From NCBI RefSeq assembly GCF_018350175.1, contig NC_058368.1, forward strand, positions 131,256,001 to 131,320,000: a stretch of 64,000 nt of DNA, given 5' to 3'. The stretch comes from Felis catus (Eukaryota). This document shows, one piece after another, positions 1-13,889 of this stretch; positions within the stretch are counted from its first letter, which is position 1; every line of letters begins with the position of its first letter. Made by a program: the position numbers and the translations under genes. The notes under the pieces were generated by a model that worked only from the letters and a program-made list of their open reading frames with translations, made no database searches and was not told where the DNA came from.

Positions 1-114
1 AGGCTCTGAGCCATCATCAGCCCATAGCCCGACGTGGGGCTCGAACTCCCGGACCGCGAGATCGTGACCTGGCTGAAGTCGGACGCTTAACCGACTGCGC
101 CATCCGGGCGCCCC
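1..114 (-). mobile_element. Can-SINE (SINEC_Fc-type), 5' part, cut by window edge
   Basis: Reverse complement begins GGGGCGCCCGGATGGCGCAGTCGGTTAAGCGTCCGACTTCAGCCAGGTCACGATC, the tRNA-derived felid SINE head; CpGs retained (young). Confidence 0.95.
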
Positions 115-3100
115 GCCTTTTTGTTTTATTAATGGGTTCCTTTGGTATGAAAAAGCTTTTGTTTTGCTGTAGTTCCAGTAGTTTATTTTTGCTTTTGTTT
201 ATCTTGCCTGAGGAAACCTATCTATTAAAAAATGTTGCTAACACTGATGTTCAGGAGATTACTACCTATATTTCCTAGTAGAAATTTTATGGGTTTTGGT
301 CTTACATTTAGGCCTTTAATCCATTTTGAGTTTATTTTTGTGTATGATGTAAGAAAATGGCCCGGTTTAATTCTTTTGCATGTAGATACCCAGTTTTCTC
401 TGCCTCATTTATTGAAGAAACTGTCCTTTACCAATTACATATTCTTGCCTCCCCATAGTAATAGATTAATTTGACCATATAGGCATGGGTTTATTTCCTG
501 TTCTGTTAATCAATGTGTCTATTTTTGTGCCAGCATGGTACTGTTTTGATTGGTTTAGCTTTGTAATGTGGATTAAATCTGGGATTATGATGTCTCCAGC
601 ATTGTTCTTTTTAAGATTCCTTTCACCATTGAGGTTTGTTTGTTTGTTTGTTTGTTTGTGGTTCCTTGCAAATTTTAGGATTATTTGTTCCAGTTCTGTG
701 ACAAAAGCTATTGGTTTTTGATAGGGATTACACTGAATCTGTAGACTGCTTTGGGTAATATGGACATTTTAGCAATACTGGTGCTCTGAATTTTTGAGCA
801 TGGTATATCTTTGCGTTGTGTAGTTTTCAATTTCTTTCATAAATACCTGATAGTTTTCAGAGTGTAAGTCTTTTACCTCCTTGGTTAAATGTATTCCTAG
901 GTATATTATTATTTGTGGTGTAACCATGAATGAGATTGTCTTCTTAATTTCTTTTTCTGCTAGTTCATTATTAATGCACAGAAAAGCAATCGATTTCTGA
1001 ATGTTAATTTGGTATCCTGAAATTTTACTGAATTCATTGATCAATTCTGATAGTTTTTTGGTTGAGTCTTTAGGGTTTTCTACATAGAGTAACATGTTGT
1101 TTGCAAAGAGTGATAGGTTTACTTGTGAGTTATCTATTTGGAGAACTTTTAATTTTTAGGTGATTGCTACAGCTAGAACTTCCAGTACTATGTTAAATAA
1201 ATGTGGTGAGAGTAGACATCCTTATCTTGCTCGTAATCTTAGAGGAAAATCTCTCAGTGTTCCACTATTGAGTATGATAATAGTTTTGGGTTTTTCATAT
1301 ATTGTCTTTATTATGTTGAGGTATATGCCTCTAAACCCACTTTGTTGAGAGTTCTTATCATGTACAGCTGTTGGATTTTTGTCCAATGAATTCTTTTTGC
1401 ATCTATTGAGATGTACAGTTTTTGATGGATTGTAATGTGTTGTATCATATTGATTGACTCTTGAATATTGAACCAAGCTTACATCCCTGGAATGAATAAC
1501 ATGTGATCATGGTGAATGATCCTTTTAATGTATTGTTGAATTAAGTTTGCTAATATTTTGTGGAGGATCTTTTTGTCTATGTTCATCAGATATATTGACA
1601 TGTAGTTTTTTTGTTTGTTTGTCATTGCCTTTATCCGGTTTTGCTACACAGCATAATGCTGGCCTTATAGAATGAATTGGGAAGTTTCCTTCCTCTTCTA
1701 TTTTTCGTAATAGTTTGAGAAGAATAGGTATTAATTCTTTCATAAGTGTTGGGTAGAATTCACCTGTGAAGCCATTTAGTCCTAGCCATTGGTTTGTTGG
1801 GGTGTTTTGATTACTAATTCAAACTGATTACCAGTAATTGGTCTGTTCAGTTTCAAAAGATTGTATGTTTCTAAGAATTTACCCATTTCCTCTAGGTTGT
1901 CCAATTTATTGGCATATAATTTTTCATAATCTTACAATCTTCTGTATTTCTGTGGTGTCCATTATGTCTCATTCATTTCTGACTTTACTTATTTGAGGGT
2001 TTTTTGTTGTTAGTGTTTAGTACAGCTAAACGCTCATCAGTTGTGTCTTTTCAAAGAACCAGCTCTGGTTTCATTGATGTTGTCATCGTCATCTCGTCCT
2101 CCTCCTCCTCCTTTTAGTTTCTATTGCATCTATTTCTACTCTAATATTTACTATTTCCTTCTTTTTACTAGCTTTGGGCCTTGTTCCTTCTTATTTTTCT
2201 AGCTCCTTTGGTTGTAAGCTTAAGTTATTTGAGGCTTTTCTCCTTTCTTGAGATAGACCTGTATCACTATAAACTTCTCTCTTAGAACTGCTTTTGCTGC
2301 ATCCCAAAGATTTGGGACTCTTGCTTGCATTTTCATTTGTCTCCAGGTATTTTTAGGTTTCCTCTTTGATATCTTCAATTACCCATTGCTTATTTATTAA
2401 TATGTTGTTCAGCTTCCATGTGTATGTGTTTTTTTTTTCCCAGTCTTTTCTTGCAATTGATTTCTGGTTTCCATTGTGGTCAGAAAAAATGCTTGAAGTG
2501 ATCTCAATTTTCTAAAATTGATTGAGACTTGTTTTGTGGCCTAATATGTGATCTATCCTGAAGAATATACCTCATGTACTTAAATGTGCATTTTACTGTT
2601 TTTCTATGGAATGTTCCATATATATTTGTTAGAGCCATATGGTCTAATGTATCCTTAAAAGGCACTATTTTCTTACTGATTTTCTGTCTGGCTGATGTAT
2701 CCATTGATGTAAGTGGGGTGTTAAAGTTTCCCAGTATTATTGCATTACTGTCAATTTGTCACTTCATGTGTGTGAATATTTGCCTTATGTATTTAGGTTC
2801 TCGTATGTTCTGTGCATAGATATTCACAATTGTTCAATCCTCTCATTGAATTGATATCTTTACCATTATGTAATGGTCTTCTTTTCTCTGCTTACATTAT
2901 TTGTTTTAAAATCTCTTTTGCTTGATAAAAGTACTGCTACCCCAGCTTTCTTTTGCTTCCATTTGCATGGATTATCTTTTTTCATTGCTTCACTCACAGT
3001 TTATATGTGCTTTAGGTTTGAAATCTCTTGTAGGCATCATAAAGATGGGTCTTTTTTGTTTTATCCTCTCACTAACTTTTTGTCTTTTAATTGGAGTATT

Positions 3101-3440
3101 TAGTCCATTTACATTTAAAAGAATTGGTAGCTATGTCAATTAATTCAGTCTCGTTCATTGTTTTCTAGTTGTTGTGTAGTTCTTCTCTTTTTTTTTTCTT
3201 TTCTTCCTTTGCTCTCTTCCCTGTGGTTAATGGCCTTTTTTTTTTAGTGTTAGGCTTGGATTCCTTTCTCTTTTTTTATTTTTCTTTTATTATTTTATTT
3301 TATTTATTATATTATTTTGTTTTATTTTTGTATCTATTACAAGGTTTTGATTTCTGGCTGCAGTTCAGGCAAAATGTAACATCTTATGCACATAATGGTC
3401 TGTATTAAATTGATGGTTGATTAAGTTAGAACACATTCTA

Positions 3441-3660
3441 GGGGCGCCTGGGTGGCGCAGTTGGTTAAGCGTCCGACTTCAGCCAGGTCACGATCTTGCG
3501 GTCCGTGAGTTCGGCCCTGCGTCAGGCTCTGGGCTGATGGCTCAGAGCCTGGAGCCTGTTTCCGATTCTGTGTCTCCCTCTCTCTCTGCCCCTCCCCCGT
3601 TCATGCTCTCTCTCTGTCCCAAAAATAAATAAACGTTGAAAAAAAAAATTAAAAAAAAAA
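3441..3660 (+). mobile_element. Can-SINE (SINEC_Fc), full length, inserted in L1
   Basis: GGGGCGCCTGGGTGGCGCAGTTGGTTAAGCGTCCGAC head, (CT)n tract, AATAAA and A-tail. Confidence 0.97.
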
Positions 3661-4740
3661 AGAAATTCTAAAAGCATTAAATTTCCCACACATACATTTT
3701 AAGGATATGATACCCTATTTTACATCTTTTTATTTTATGTATCCCTTGACTCACTTTTGTACATATAATCGATTTTACTGCTTTGTTCTAACCTCCATAC
3801 TGGCTTTATAAATGATTAACTTACCTTTATGTTTACTTTTACTTGTGAAATTTTTTTCTTGCATAATTTTCTTCTAGCTTTGGCCTTTTCTTTCCACTTA
3901 AAGAATTTCCTTTAACATATCTCATAAGGCTTGTTTAGAGGTGATAAAGTCCTTTAACTTTTGCTTGTCTGAGAAACTCGTTTTCCCTCCTGTTCTAAAT
4001 TACATAACCTTGCTGGGTAGAATATTAATGGTTGTAGGGTTTTTCATTTCATTGCTTATATATCATACCACTACCTTCTGGCCTGAAGAGTTTTTGCTGA
4101 AAAATCAGTCAATAGCCTTACGGGGTTTCCTAGGTATGTAACTGTTTCCTTTTCTCTTGCTGCTTTTAAAATTCTTTATTTTTTACTACTTTTTACAATT
4201 TTTACAACTGTCTGTTCCCCTTTCTCTCTTCTCTCCTTCTGGGACCGCTATACTGTGAATGTTACCATGCTTGATAATGTTATAGATTTCTCTTAACCTA
4301 CTCACGTTTTTTTTAATTCTTTTTTTCTTTTGTCTGTTAAATTTGGTTGCTTTCTATTACCCTGTCTTCCAAATCACTTATCCATTCTTCTTCATCCTCT
4401 AATCTGTTTTCTATTTCCTCTACTGTGTTTTTTTTTTTTTCATTTCAAATACTGAATTCTTCATCTCTTCATCATTGGTGGTTCTTTATATTTTCTATCT
4501 TTGTGGAAATTTTCACTGAATTAGTTAACTCTTTTCTCAAGTCCAGTGAGTATCTTTATGGCCATTACTTTGAACTCTTTAGAAGGTATATTTTATCTTT
4601 ATTTTATTTAGTTGTATTACTTTAATTTTTTTCTTTTTTCATTTAGGACCTACTCCTCTGTCTATTCATTTGAATAACTCTCTGTGTTTGTTAGGTATTA
4701 AGTAGTCAGCTATGTCTCTTGGTCTTGAAACTGGTGGCGT

Positions 4741-4978
4741 TAGGACACCTGGGTGGCTCAGTGAGTTGAGTGACTGACTCTTGACTTTGGCTCAGCTCAT
4801 AATCCCAGGGTTTTGGGATCAAGCCCCATGTTAGGCTCCTTGCTAAATGTGGAGCCTGCTTAAGATTTTCTCTCACTCTCTCTCTCTCTCTCTGTCCACC
4901 TGCCCATCCCTCTGCATTCCCTCTCTCTCCAAAAAAGGTAAAATAAATAAATAAAATCTTCAAAAAGAGAAAAAAAAG
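4741..4978 (+). mobile_element. Older Can-SINE inserted in L1
   Basis: Head CACCTGGGTGGCTCAG, (CT)n, A-rich tail; degenerate TSD aaactggtggcgtt / aaagtagtggtctt. Confidence 0.9.
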
Positions 4979-6544
4979 TAGTGGTCTTGTGTAAAAGAGG
5001 TCCTATGCTGCTCTATAGCCCAATCCTTCCAGTCACCAGGACCAGGTGCTCCAGAGGTGTCCTTGTGTGAGCTACCTGTACCCTCCTGCTGTAGCTGCAC
5101 CATGATTGCCATCAGCCCAGCCAGCTGCAAGTATCTCCTTTGCCTGCTATAAGTGTATTGGGTAGGGTTTTCTCCCTATGCTATTGAGAAGCCAGGCTGT
5201 GGTGCTATGGGTTCATTTTTGGACAGGACCAGTCAGCCTATCTAACTGCAATTAGCCTCACTGCCACACAGCAAGTTCATTGAAGGGAAGGGCTTGTTCC
5301 TTATAGAACTTACTAGGAGGCTGGCCACAGGAAGTGCTTTTAGCTTTGTATGTGCAGTTATCTCTCTCCACCTCCTTGGGAACGAGTCACTTGGAATGGT
5401 GTTGTCCTAGCTGGGATTGCCTGCTAAATGGGGCAGTAGTCACTTTGGAAGGAAACCTGCTAAGGTGGGAAGGTTGGGTTGGGTGGTCATCAGGGGATCA
5501 TGGGGTAGGAGCACATGGTCCTAGCAAGGTAGACAAAGAGTATCAGAACTGGTTCCTAGAGGCATCTGAAAACCTAAACTGGAGGAGGGGAAGAAAAATA
5601 CTGTCCACCAGCACTTTTGTTCCTGAAGAATTCTCCTGCCAATCCCTGCTCCTCTGGCACATACTCTGAGTTTTGTCAGTAAATCTCTTGCACATAAACT
5701 CTAGAAGCTTTTCAAACTGTTGTTTCTGTGCTGTGTCTCAGGCTGAGTTAGTCAGTATATGGGCCCTTAAAGGGTGGGGTCTCCATTTTCTCTCATGCTT
5801 TGGTCTTCTGAATTTAAGCTCTGCTTGTCTTCAAAGCCAGATGTTACAGGCACTCATCTTCTGAGTACAGGTCCCAGTAATGGAGGTGCCCAGTGTGGGA
5901 TATGATCCTCTCAATTCTCATTACTACTAACGCCTCTCCTATTTGTGGTTAGTTGCACTGCAGTTTTGGTTCCCTCCTACCCTTTTCAATGTGGCTTTCT
6001 CTCTAGAATTTGCTGTGGGAGATCACCAATATTCAGGCTGTTGACGAGTTAGTTGCATAGACTTAGAGGTTACCTCCACAATGGGGAGGGTACAAAATGA
6101 TCTCAGGATCCTCCTACTCTGCCATCTTCCTGAAAGCTTCAGACCTCTTGTTAGGGATAATATATCTTCTTGTTAATTGGCCATTTTAATTTGGAGTTTC
6201 TAATATCTGTCCTCAAAGGAATCCTAAACAACACTGTACAATTCAACAGTACTGAAGCTCTGAAACATTGAGGTAAAAGGACTGGAAGTAAAGATGAAGA
6301 ACTGAGAAATAGCTTAATATAAGTTTGTGTGAAGAGGCCCAAGACATTCAGATGTTGTATAAGCCAACATGATGGCAAGCAACTAGAAGAGGGAGGATAA
6401 AAATTTAAAGCAATCTAGTCCTCTGTTAGTGAATATTGACTACAGGGGGCATAAACGAGGAAGGAAAATGTTGAACTGTGTTCCACTCTTGTACATTCTA
6501 TTCTCATCCGGTCCACTTTGGTCCTCTTGTAGGTATCCCACTTT

Positions 6545-6790
6545 TCATGGAGACAAGAATTAATGGGTAGAAGTTGCTGGGAAATATATTTCTAATCATC
6601 ACAAGAAAGAACCGTATAATTATTAAAGCTGCCCACAATGAATAAGTTCCACCAGAAAGGGAAGATGTACTATCACAGGAAATTTGCAAGCCAAGGTTAA
6701 ATGACCACCTGCAAATGATAGAATACAGGGGAGTACCTGAATTAGTAGGGAGGAGGAACCGAAAAACTCGAAGGCCCTTTCCAATTGTAA
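6545..6790 (+). mobile_element. Ancient L3/CR1 (or MIR3) 3' fragment
   Basis: Resembles CR1 3' end motif order: ..aagaaagaacc..attaaagctgcccacaatg..tcacaggaaatttgcaagccaaggttaaatgaccacctg. Confidence 0.55.
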
Positions 6791-8318
6791 GCCTATATAT
6801 TTTATGATTTGGTATATGTGTGTAATTCTATATTGTATCCATAATATATAAAATAATATGTATGACATTCTTTATAAACATTCTAGCCAAAAATCATCTG
6901 CTGTTGTTCTTGTCATTCCTTTAAATAACTCCTTTAAAGTGATATTTCTGGAAGATCTTTGGCTTATCAGAAGACTGGGTAATGAATTTTGACCAGCTCT
7001 TCTGTTGTTATGGTAACTAGAGAAAGGCTAGGAAAAAGGATTAGCTTGTGATTAGAAAGTTTTTAAATAGCAATTGCCCCAAACAAGGGGGGTTGGTACA
7101 TGTGATAAACAATACCAAAAGAGCAGTGTGGTTTACCCATCATGTGGAGAGAAAAAAATCAAGATGTACAACCAGATAGCATGACAGAAATTTCTAATAG
7201 AAGTACCTGAACAAAAAGGAAGGAATCTATCAAGAACGGTGAAGAGGTACCAGTGTTAGAATTTATAAAAGTGCACTGAGTCAGTAAGCATGATGTTTTT
7301 TAACATATTGATTCAGAAATAGAATTGATTTCCATTGAAATAAGTATTTCAATTCTTTGTAAATTCAAGAACCATTTGGAAATACAAACATGATGGTGCT
7401 GCATGAACAGAAATTGACCCCCTCCTATGTGTACAATGTCCTCATCCAACTGGGGGGGAAAGAAAAGGGAAAAGGGTGATCATTCTGCCTCAGTCAAACA
7501 CACATACTGACCAAGAAAAAAATGCAGCTAAGTCTACTCAATTGTCTATAAATGTCAAAAGTTATCTGCATGAAAAATAATAATTTTTATTTCATGGAAT
7601 TGAAAGAAATTAAGCTTATCTCAACAAAATAGTGAATAAACTCCACTTTGAATCAATTTTTTCCCATATGTTTATTTTCTAAACACCTAATAAGGAGTGG
7701 ACCAGATTGGGAACTATTCCATGGCTAGGCAAAGGTAGCTCCAAACTTTGTAAATTTGTACACAGGATTGAAATCTGTTAGCTTTTGCTAAGGAAAGATG
7801 CTCTATAATCCCACCAGATTTTCAAAAGGAGCTATGACCAACCAAGTACACTAACGGATCTTTATAACACCAGTTCACTTCAGAAATGTGTACACTGAAT
7901 CCTGTGATAACTCTAATATTGCCTTAAAACATATAAAAGGAAAAAGATAATTGAGGCTACATGATACAATGAAGTGCATCATTAAGGCATCAATTATCAT
8001 AGGGCTTTTTCACATACTTTGAGCTGGCATAGAAAAATTAGAACAGCCTTCCATCTTGGACTCAAACGACAGAGGAGGCTTTCTATTAATAATATTTATT
8101 AATAACTCAGAAATATATTTGAAATTATTTTTATTTTATTTTTTCTAAAGATTTATTCAGCCCACAGGATTTCAGAAGATTAAGTAGATAAGCTACAATT
8201 AAAGACAGGATTATCTACAATACTGGAAATCAGAAACCGTAAAAATTTCATAGATTGTGAAAATTTTTAGACGTCTTGCTAAGTTCTTTGAGGCTGATGT
8301 TTTAAAAATTTACATTAG

Positions 8319-8512
8319 TGGAGTGTCTGGGGGGCTGAGTTGGTTAAGCATCTGACTCTCGATTTCAGCTCAGGTCATGGCATCATTGTTCATGAGATCG
8401 AGCCCCTCATGAAGCTCTGTGCTGACAGCATAGAGCCTGCTTGGGATTCTCACTTCCTCTCTCTCTACCTGTCCCCTGCTTGTGCTCTCTGTTTCAAAAT
8501 AAATAAATAATT
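8319..8512 (+). mobile_element. Can-SINE
   Basis: SINE head ..ggctgagttggttaagcatctgactc, body, CT tract, aaaataaataaataa tail. Confidence 0.9.
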
Positions 8513-8706
8513 TTTTTTAATTACGCTAATACATCTCATTAGGAAAATAGCTATGAATTAAAATAAATCTTGTGTCATTAAGCAAAATAATAAAAATATT
8601 GTAAGAAAAAATGTTTCTAAGGAATGTGGATACTGAACACATGTGCTTCTGACAATAAAGTATCCATTTCTGTCTGTCTCAGCAATACAGCCATTTTATT
8701 CTTATT

Positions 8707-8845
8707 TTTAAAATTTATTTATTTTCAGAGAGAGACTGTGCGAGCAAGGGAGGAGCACATAGAGAGGGAGTGAGACTCCCAACCAGGCCCCAGGCACTGT
8801 CAGTGCAGAGCCCAACACAGGGCACAATCCCAGGAACCATGAGAA
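8707..8845 (-). mobile_element. Can-SINE 3' fragment
   Basis: T-tail, GA tract, ctgtcagtgcagagccc body; head missing. Confidence 0.8.
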
Positions 8846-8874
8846 ACAGATGCTATTTTAAAAGAGTACCCTAT

Positions 8875-9050
8875 GGAGCACCTGGGTGGCTCAGTCAGTT
8901 AAGCATCCAACTCTTGATCTCAGCTTGCATCATGATCTTGTGGTTTGTGGGTTTAAGCCCTGAGTCAGTCTCAGTGCTGACAACGCAGATCCTGCTTGGG
9001 ATTCTCTCTTTCCCTCTCTTTCTGTCCCCCTCCCACTTGCTCTTTGTCTG

Positions 9051-9088
<38 letters not shown>

Positions 9089-9115
9089 AATAAATAAATA
9101 AACTTAAAAAAAATT
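8875..9115 (+). mobile_element. Can-SINE
   Basis: GGAGCACCTGGGTGGCTCAGTCAGTTAAGCATCC head, (CTGTCT)/(CT)n, A-tail. Confidence 0.92.
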
Positions 9116-10524
9116 TTTTTAAAGTGTACTCTATGAACACACATGTTTCCTGTATGTCATAAGATTGCCTTCACACAAATATTTTCCAGTGCATCATAGA
9201 CTAAGCATTGTCCTCATGGCTTCAGCCATGACTGAACTCAATGCCATTCTAGATGTATATTTATTACTGAAATTCCAAACTCTATTCCCCCACTAACAAG
9301 ACCTTTTCTTTTTTTCTTCTGCCTCTTTTGTTCTGCATGTTCCCCAAACCCTAAATTTCTGGCATGCTGCAGCTGCCCAAAGCCTCTGTGTTTCCCCACA
9401 ATGCACCAGCCAATGATTGCCATTGACACATGTGGGCCTTCAACCCCAAGACAGGTGAAGCTGTGTTTTCTTACTCATTTAACTCTGAGGCCCCCATACT
9501 TCTTCCCGGGCCTGATCACCAGGTATAATGGAAATCTGTCTATCTCCATTCCAGAACCCCTCTGTGGTTACTCAACTAATATGTAACATCACATTCTCTG
9601 GACTAAATATTTCCAACTACTTTCATCCTTTTTTCTCGGTTTGCTATTTTTTTTTCCAAAATATTGTCCTAAAATGTTAAAAAAATTATTTCAGCTGAGA
9701 CTGATCAATAAAAACATGGCAGCGTGTGTTTTCATATCCTTATAGCTATACCATTACTGACACACTTGGTTTAGCAGCAAAGCATGAAAATACTTAGAAT
9801 TATCCAAGCTTACTAGTCTTTTGCCACCATTAGTCCCAGCAGTTATTTTTCATCTTGCAGCTTAGTATTTGTTTTTCTGATTTCTTAAGAAAAACTAATG
9901 TTTTAAATTTAAGGAAATTACACTTAATGTCTTTATTTAACCTAGAAATTTTGGTGGGGAAGAAACAAAAAATGTTTTCTTGCCATATTTTTATCTCTCT
10001 ATGAGTCTCTCTTTCCTTTTTCTATTTCCGTGTTATGATACCTGTATACTTTTGCATTCTGATGGGAATATTGTACAGTTTCTTGAAATGTCTCTCATAC
10101 TTTGTCATAGATCATTTTTACTGATGATCCTTAAAACAAGACAAGTTCTATTTAACAATAATGTTTGTCCATAGAATTTTGATGTGGCCTCTTCTCGATA
10201 TACTCAGGTGATGTTTTATTTCTCTTCTCAGATTTACAGCTGGGGGGCAGAATGATGTACACCACTTCAAGCTGAATGATAAGCTTCTCGGAGGCTTTTT
10301 TTAGTTCACCTCTGCTCTCTGGAAGCAGCCTCATTACCTGTCTTTACTGCCTAAAACTGTTATCAATGAACCTTAACTCTAAATCAAGCTCCTCCAGTCT
10401 GAATTATCACCAAACGTACTTGACTCTTTAGTATTGTACTTCCCAAGGGCTATGTAGTGTCACAGTTGTGAACCTCTTCCCCTCCCCATTTCTTTCCCAG
10501 TTATTTTCTGGTAGAAATACCTTT

Positions 10525-10715
10525 TTTAAGGTTTATTGATCTTGGAGAAAGAGAGAACAAGTAGAGGAGGGGCAGAGAGAGAGGAGGACAGAGGACCTGA
10601 AGCAGGCTCTGTGCTGAGAGTGGCTAGCCTGATGCGGGGCTAAAACCCATGAACTGCAAGATCATGACCTAGGCTGAGGTTAGACCCTTAAATGACTGAG
10701 TCATCCAGCCACTCC
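10525..10715 (-). mobile_element. Can-SINE with 13-bp TSD
   Basis: TSD tagaaataccttt at 10512-10524 and 10716-10728; SINE body between. Confidence 0.92.
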
Positions 10716-11229
10716 TAGAAATACCTTTATTAGGAGTGGTAACTTGGTAGGAGGAAATAATATATGAAGGTTGACAGTGGGACAGAAAAACAGGCATTTG
10801 AGCATCTTTGGGATAGAGCAACAGCTGCCTAATTTTCTAAGTGATTTAGATCCTGCATCTGGATCTAGGATAGACCCAGGAATGGGAATGATAAGAAAGG
10901 TCTTTATGCAGATTTTTTAGGTATACTCTATGTCCTGAGTCAGAGTCATGTTCTATTCATGATAAGCCATGGAAAGGACTCTTGGTATGATATTTATCAT
11001 TGCTCTAAGTTTTTGGAAGTGATACACATTTGTCCTTTTTCTTTTACTGGAAAGTGGGAGAAATAGAGGCTATAAGTGAGGCTGCTAGACAAAATCCTGT
11101 ATTAAACAAGGAGTTTCCTATGGAAGCTTATCTTTTCAAAGTGCCTTTGAATTTTAATCCTTTTTACTCAAGCACAAATATTTTTTTCTAAATTTGGGGT
11201 TATTCTTGAGCCTGATTACTATGCATAGC

Positions 11230-11780
11230 AGATTATATTTTGCACAGATGGCCACAAAAATATTTGGCATTTTACATGCTTGTCTGCAATGTGACCTTGA
11301 TATTCCCTCATCAAGAAATGGAGTTGATTTCTCCATGTCCCTGAGGCTGAGTAAGACTTATACTTCTCAAACAACAACATACAGCAGAATGAACCTGGCA
11401 CTTTCCCATCTTGTTTTTTGGAAAACTTTGTTTTTGGAAGCTCATTTTGGGAAGGTAGCTGCTGTCTTAGGAGAAGCCCAAACTACCAAGAGAGGATATA
11501 TGTAAGGTGCTCCAAGGCAATGACCCTAGGTGACCTCCCAGGGGACAACTAGAATCAATTGTCACTGTGAGAGTGGGTCATTTGAAATATCCAGCCCAGT
11601 AGAACTTTGAAATCATGCATGCCCCAGGAGCTATGTGATTTCAGTTAATATGAGTGCCCCAAAGTAAAAACCACCTAGTTGAACTCAGTCAGTCCACAGC
11701 ACTGAGAGAAAATGATAGTTTTGTTTTAAGCCACTAAGTTTTGAGATGATATGTTAAGCAGTAAGAGATAATTAGAATAC
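11230..11780 (+). mobile_element. MaLR solo LTR (MLT1F/G-like)
   Basis: Ends in ttttaagccactaagttttgagatg..gttaagcagtaagagataattagaatac, the MLT1 3' signature; starts ..gatggccacaaa.. Confidence 0.8.
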
Positions 11781-11982
11781 TATTTTAAATGGAGCCAGAT
11801 GCCGTGAATCATTGTCTGTTTTATTCCCCTGAAGCTAATCTGGAACTTTCAGTAGTAATTTTTTGGAAAACATAGAGTGGATCTGAATAACTTTAAGATT
11901 AAGGCTAAATTGAACTAGTCCCAGTAATGTTGGTCCAAATAGTGTATAAGAGTGTGTGTATAAGTATGTGTATTGGTTAACA

Positions 11983-12430
11983 TACTAGCTCATTAGGGCT
12001 GCCGTGAAAAATCACCACAAAACTAGAGGCTTAAAACAGAAATTTATTTCACAGCTCTGGAGGCCTAAGTCTGAAATCAATGCCTGTCTTGACAGGCACA
12101 TGCTTCCTCTAACCCTTCTAGGGGGGAATCCTCCCTTGCCTTTTCCAGGTTCTGGTGTCACTTGGCATTCCTTGGCTTCCTTGGTTTCCTTGGCTTGTGG
12201 CTACACTACTGCAGTCTCTGTCTTCATGTCACTTTGTCCTCTATGTGTGTGTGTCTTCTCTACATGCCTGTCTGTTTCTCTCTGCCTAGATAAGGCAGGG
12301 TTATCTCCTTACTCAAGAACCTGAATTGAAATGTATCTGTAAAGACCCTCTTCTCAAGTAGGATGCCATTCTCAGGTTCAGAGGATTTGATAGGGTTATC
12401 TTCTGTGGGCCATATTTAGGCCAACCACAA
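11983..12430 (-). mobile_element. MaLR solo LTR (MLT1A-C-like)
   Basis: agggctgccgtgaaaaatcaccacaaaact..ggcttaaaacagaaatttatt..cacagctctggaggcctaagtctgaaatcaa; ends ..caaccaca. Confidence 0.85.
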
Positions 12431-13889
12431 TTGGTGTGAGAAGGAAGCGGTGGAAGGAAGTCCCTATAACCCTGAGGTTTCAAGGAAAGTAAATACAGCT
12501 TAGAATCACCAAACAAGCAAATGAGTTCATTGCATGCAGTTTCAAAAATATAAATGCTGCTGTGTGAGTTCTTTTCCTAAGGTTGATGACCAAATGGGGG
12601 ATACTCTGTGTATTCGCCTTCTGTTCAGTTGTTTAGATCACTGACACTACATATATTAGCATGAGAAAATGTAAGATGAATATTTGTAAATGTTTTTAAA
12701 TGAAGCTCATTTTAGGGTTACGTAGATACTAACAAGGTTAACTTCACCAAACCATAAAGAATTATTTCTGTCATAACACATTAGGATTACCCTGCCAAAC
12801 TGCTTACGCTGATCACATCTTAGTTGGTTGTCACTCTTGGACTTAGCCTCATTATCCTCCCCCTCTTATAATTACCATAAATATATTGCTTATTTCCTTT
12901 ACTTAAATTCTGATTATTTTCCTCTGCACTGTTCCAGCAATAATCCTGGTACTTAAAACAATCTAAGCTTCTTATTCACCTTAAATTCTCTAAAGAAGGA
13001 AATCTCCTAGGAAAAACTCACAGCTCATATTTCACTAGTTAAGTGAAATGCCAAATAAATATGCCAGTAGTGTTGGCAGGTGTACGTCTGGTGGCAAATG
13101 CACTGAAACACCCAAGTCAGTTAATGTTGGCAATTGCGTTATCAGATGTTTATGACTTGTAAATTCAGTCACTACTGATGGAAATTGTGCAATATCTGAG
13201 CCAAGATTAAACAGGTAGTTAAATTCCTCTGCTGAGCCATCCATATAATCCATTAAATACTTCTACTGGTAAACACTGATTTTGAAACAGAAGAAATAGC
13301 ATATTTAAACATTCTTTGTCTCTTTTGAACACACACACGCGTGTGCACACATACAGTCTGAGAGAGAGAAGTAATGGCCATGGTTTGATCTGCCAAAAAA
13401 AAAAAAAAAGAGACACAGAAAGTAAAAAATGTCAGAATTTTGAAATTCCTGCTCTTCTCTAGTCTTAGAGAATAAAGGCAAAATGGAAATACAAAGAGTG
13501 TTTCTTGTATTACATACTTTACTTACCCTAGTCCCCAATATTCAGATTTAAATATTCTGAGTCAAACACTAAGCAATAGTTTAAAAATACTAATGCCATA
13601 AAAGGAAATCACTTATTTTGGAGCATAGTTACTGATACTAGTGGTACATGTAAATATTTGTAACACAGAGGGTCCCAATATTGCATGTATAACAAGTTTA
13701 TTGAATAATCTGAATAAGACGGAGTTTTATTTTCCCTCACTACTCCTTTCTGACATAATCTATGAAATCTACCTTCCATTCTCCCTGATGACCTCTCATC
13801 CCCATTTTAGTGAGTATAGTTCAACTTTAGGTATGAAAAATACCATCAATCAAAACCAAAACCAACTTCACATTGTCTCTAATTTTGCA

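Larger units (their letters stand above)
115..6135 (-). mobile_element. Decayed near-full-length carnivore LINE-1 (ORF2, ORF1, 5'UTR; 3' end lies left of window)
   Basis: Minus ORFs 769-1095 ([31 protein letters not shown]), 1525-1743 and 2504-2704 are L1 ORF2 pieces; ORF1 remnants ~3900-4700; L1-type 5' terminus (plus: ggatcctcctactctgccatcttcc) at ~6105-6130. Many stops and frameshifts. Confidence 0.92.

Noticed and set aside
3441..3520. tRNA-like A/B boxes
   Set aside because: Head of a tRNA-derived Can-SINE, not a tRNA gene; same for all SINE copies.
7140..7475. Protein-looking frames, a strong minus-strand acceptor (~7451) and a 9-bp hairpin (~7334-7353)
   Set aside because: Multiple stops, no matching donor, no family recognised; such hairpins are expected in AT-rich DNA.
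10232..10290. Plus-strand acceptor followed by FTAGGQNDVHHFKLN
   Set aside because: No canonical donor; isolated.
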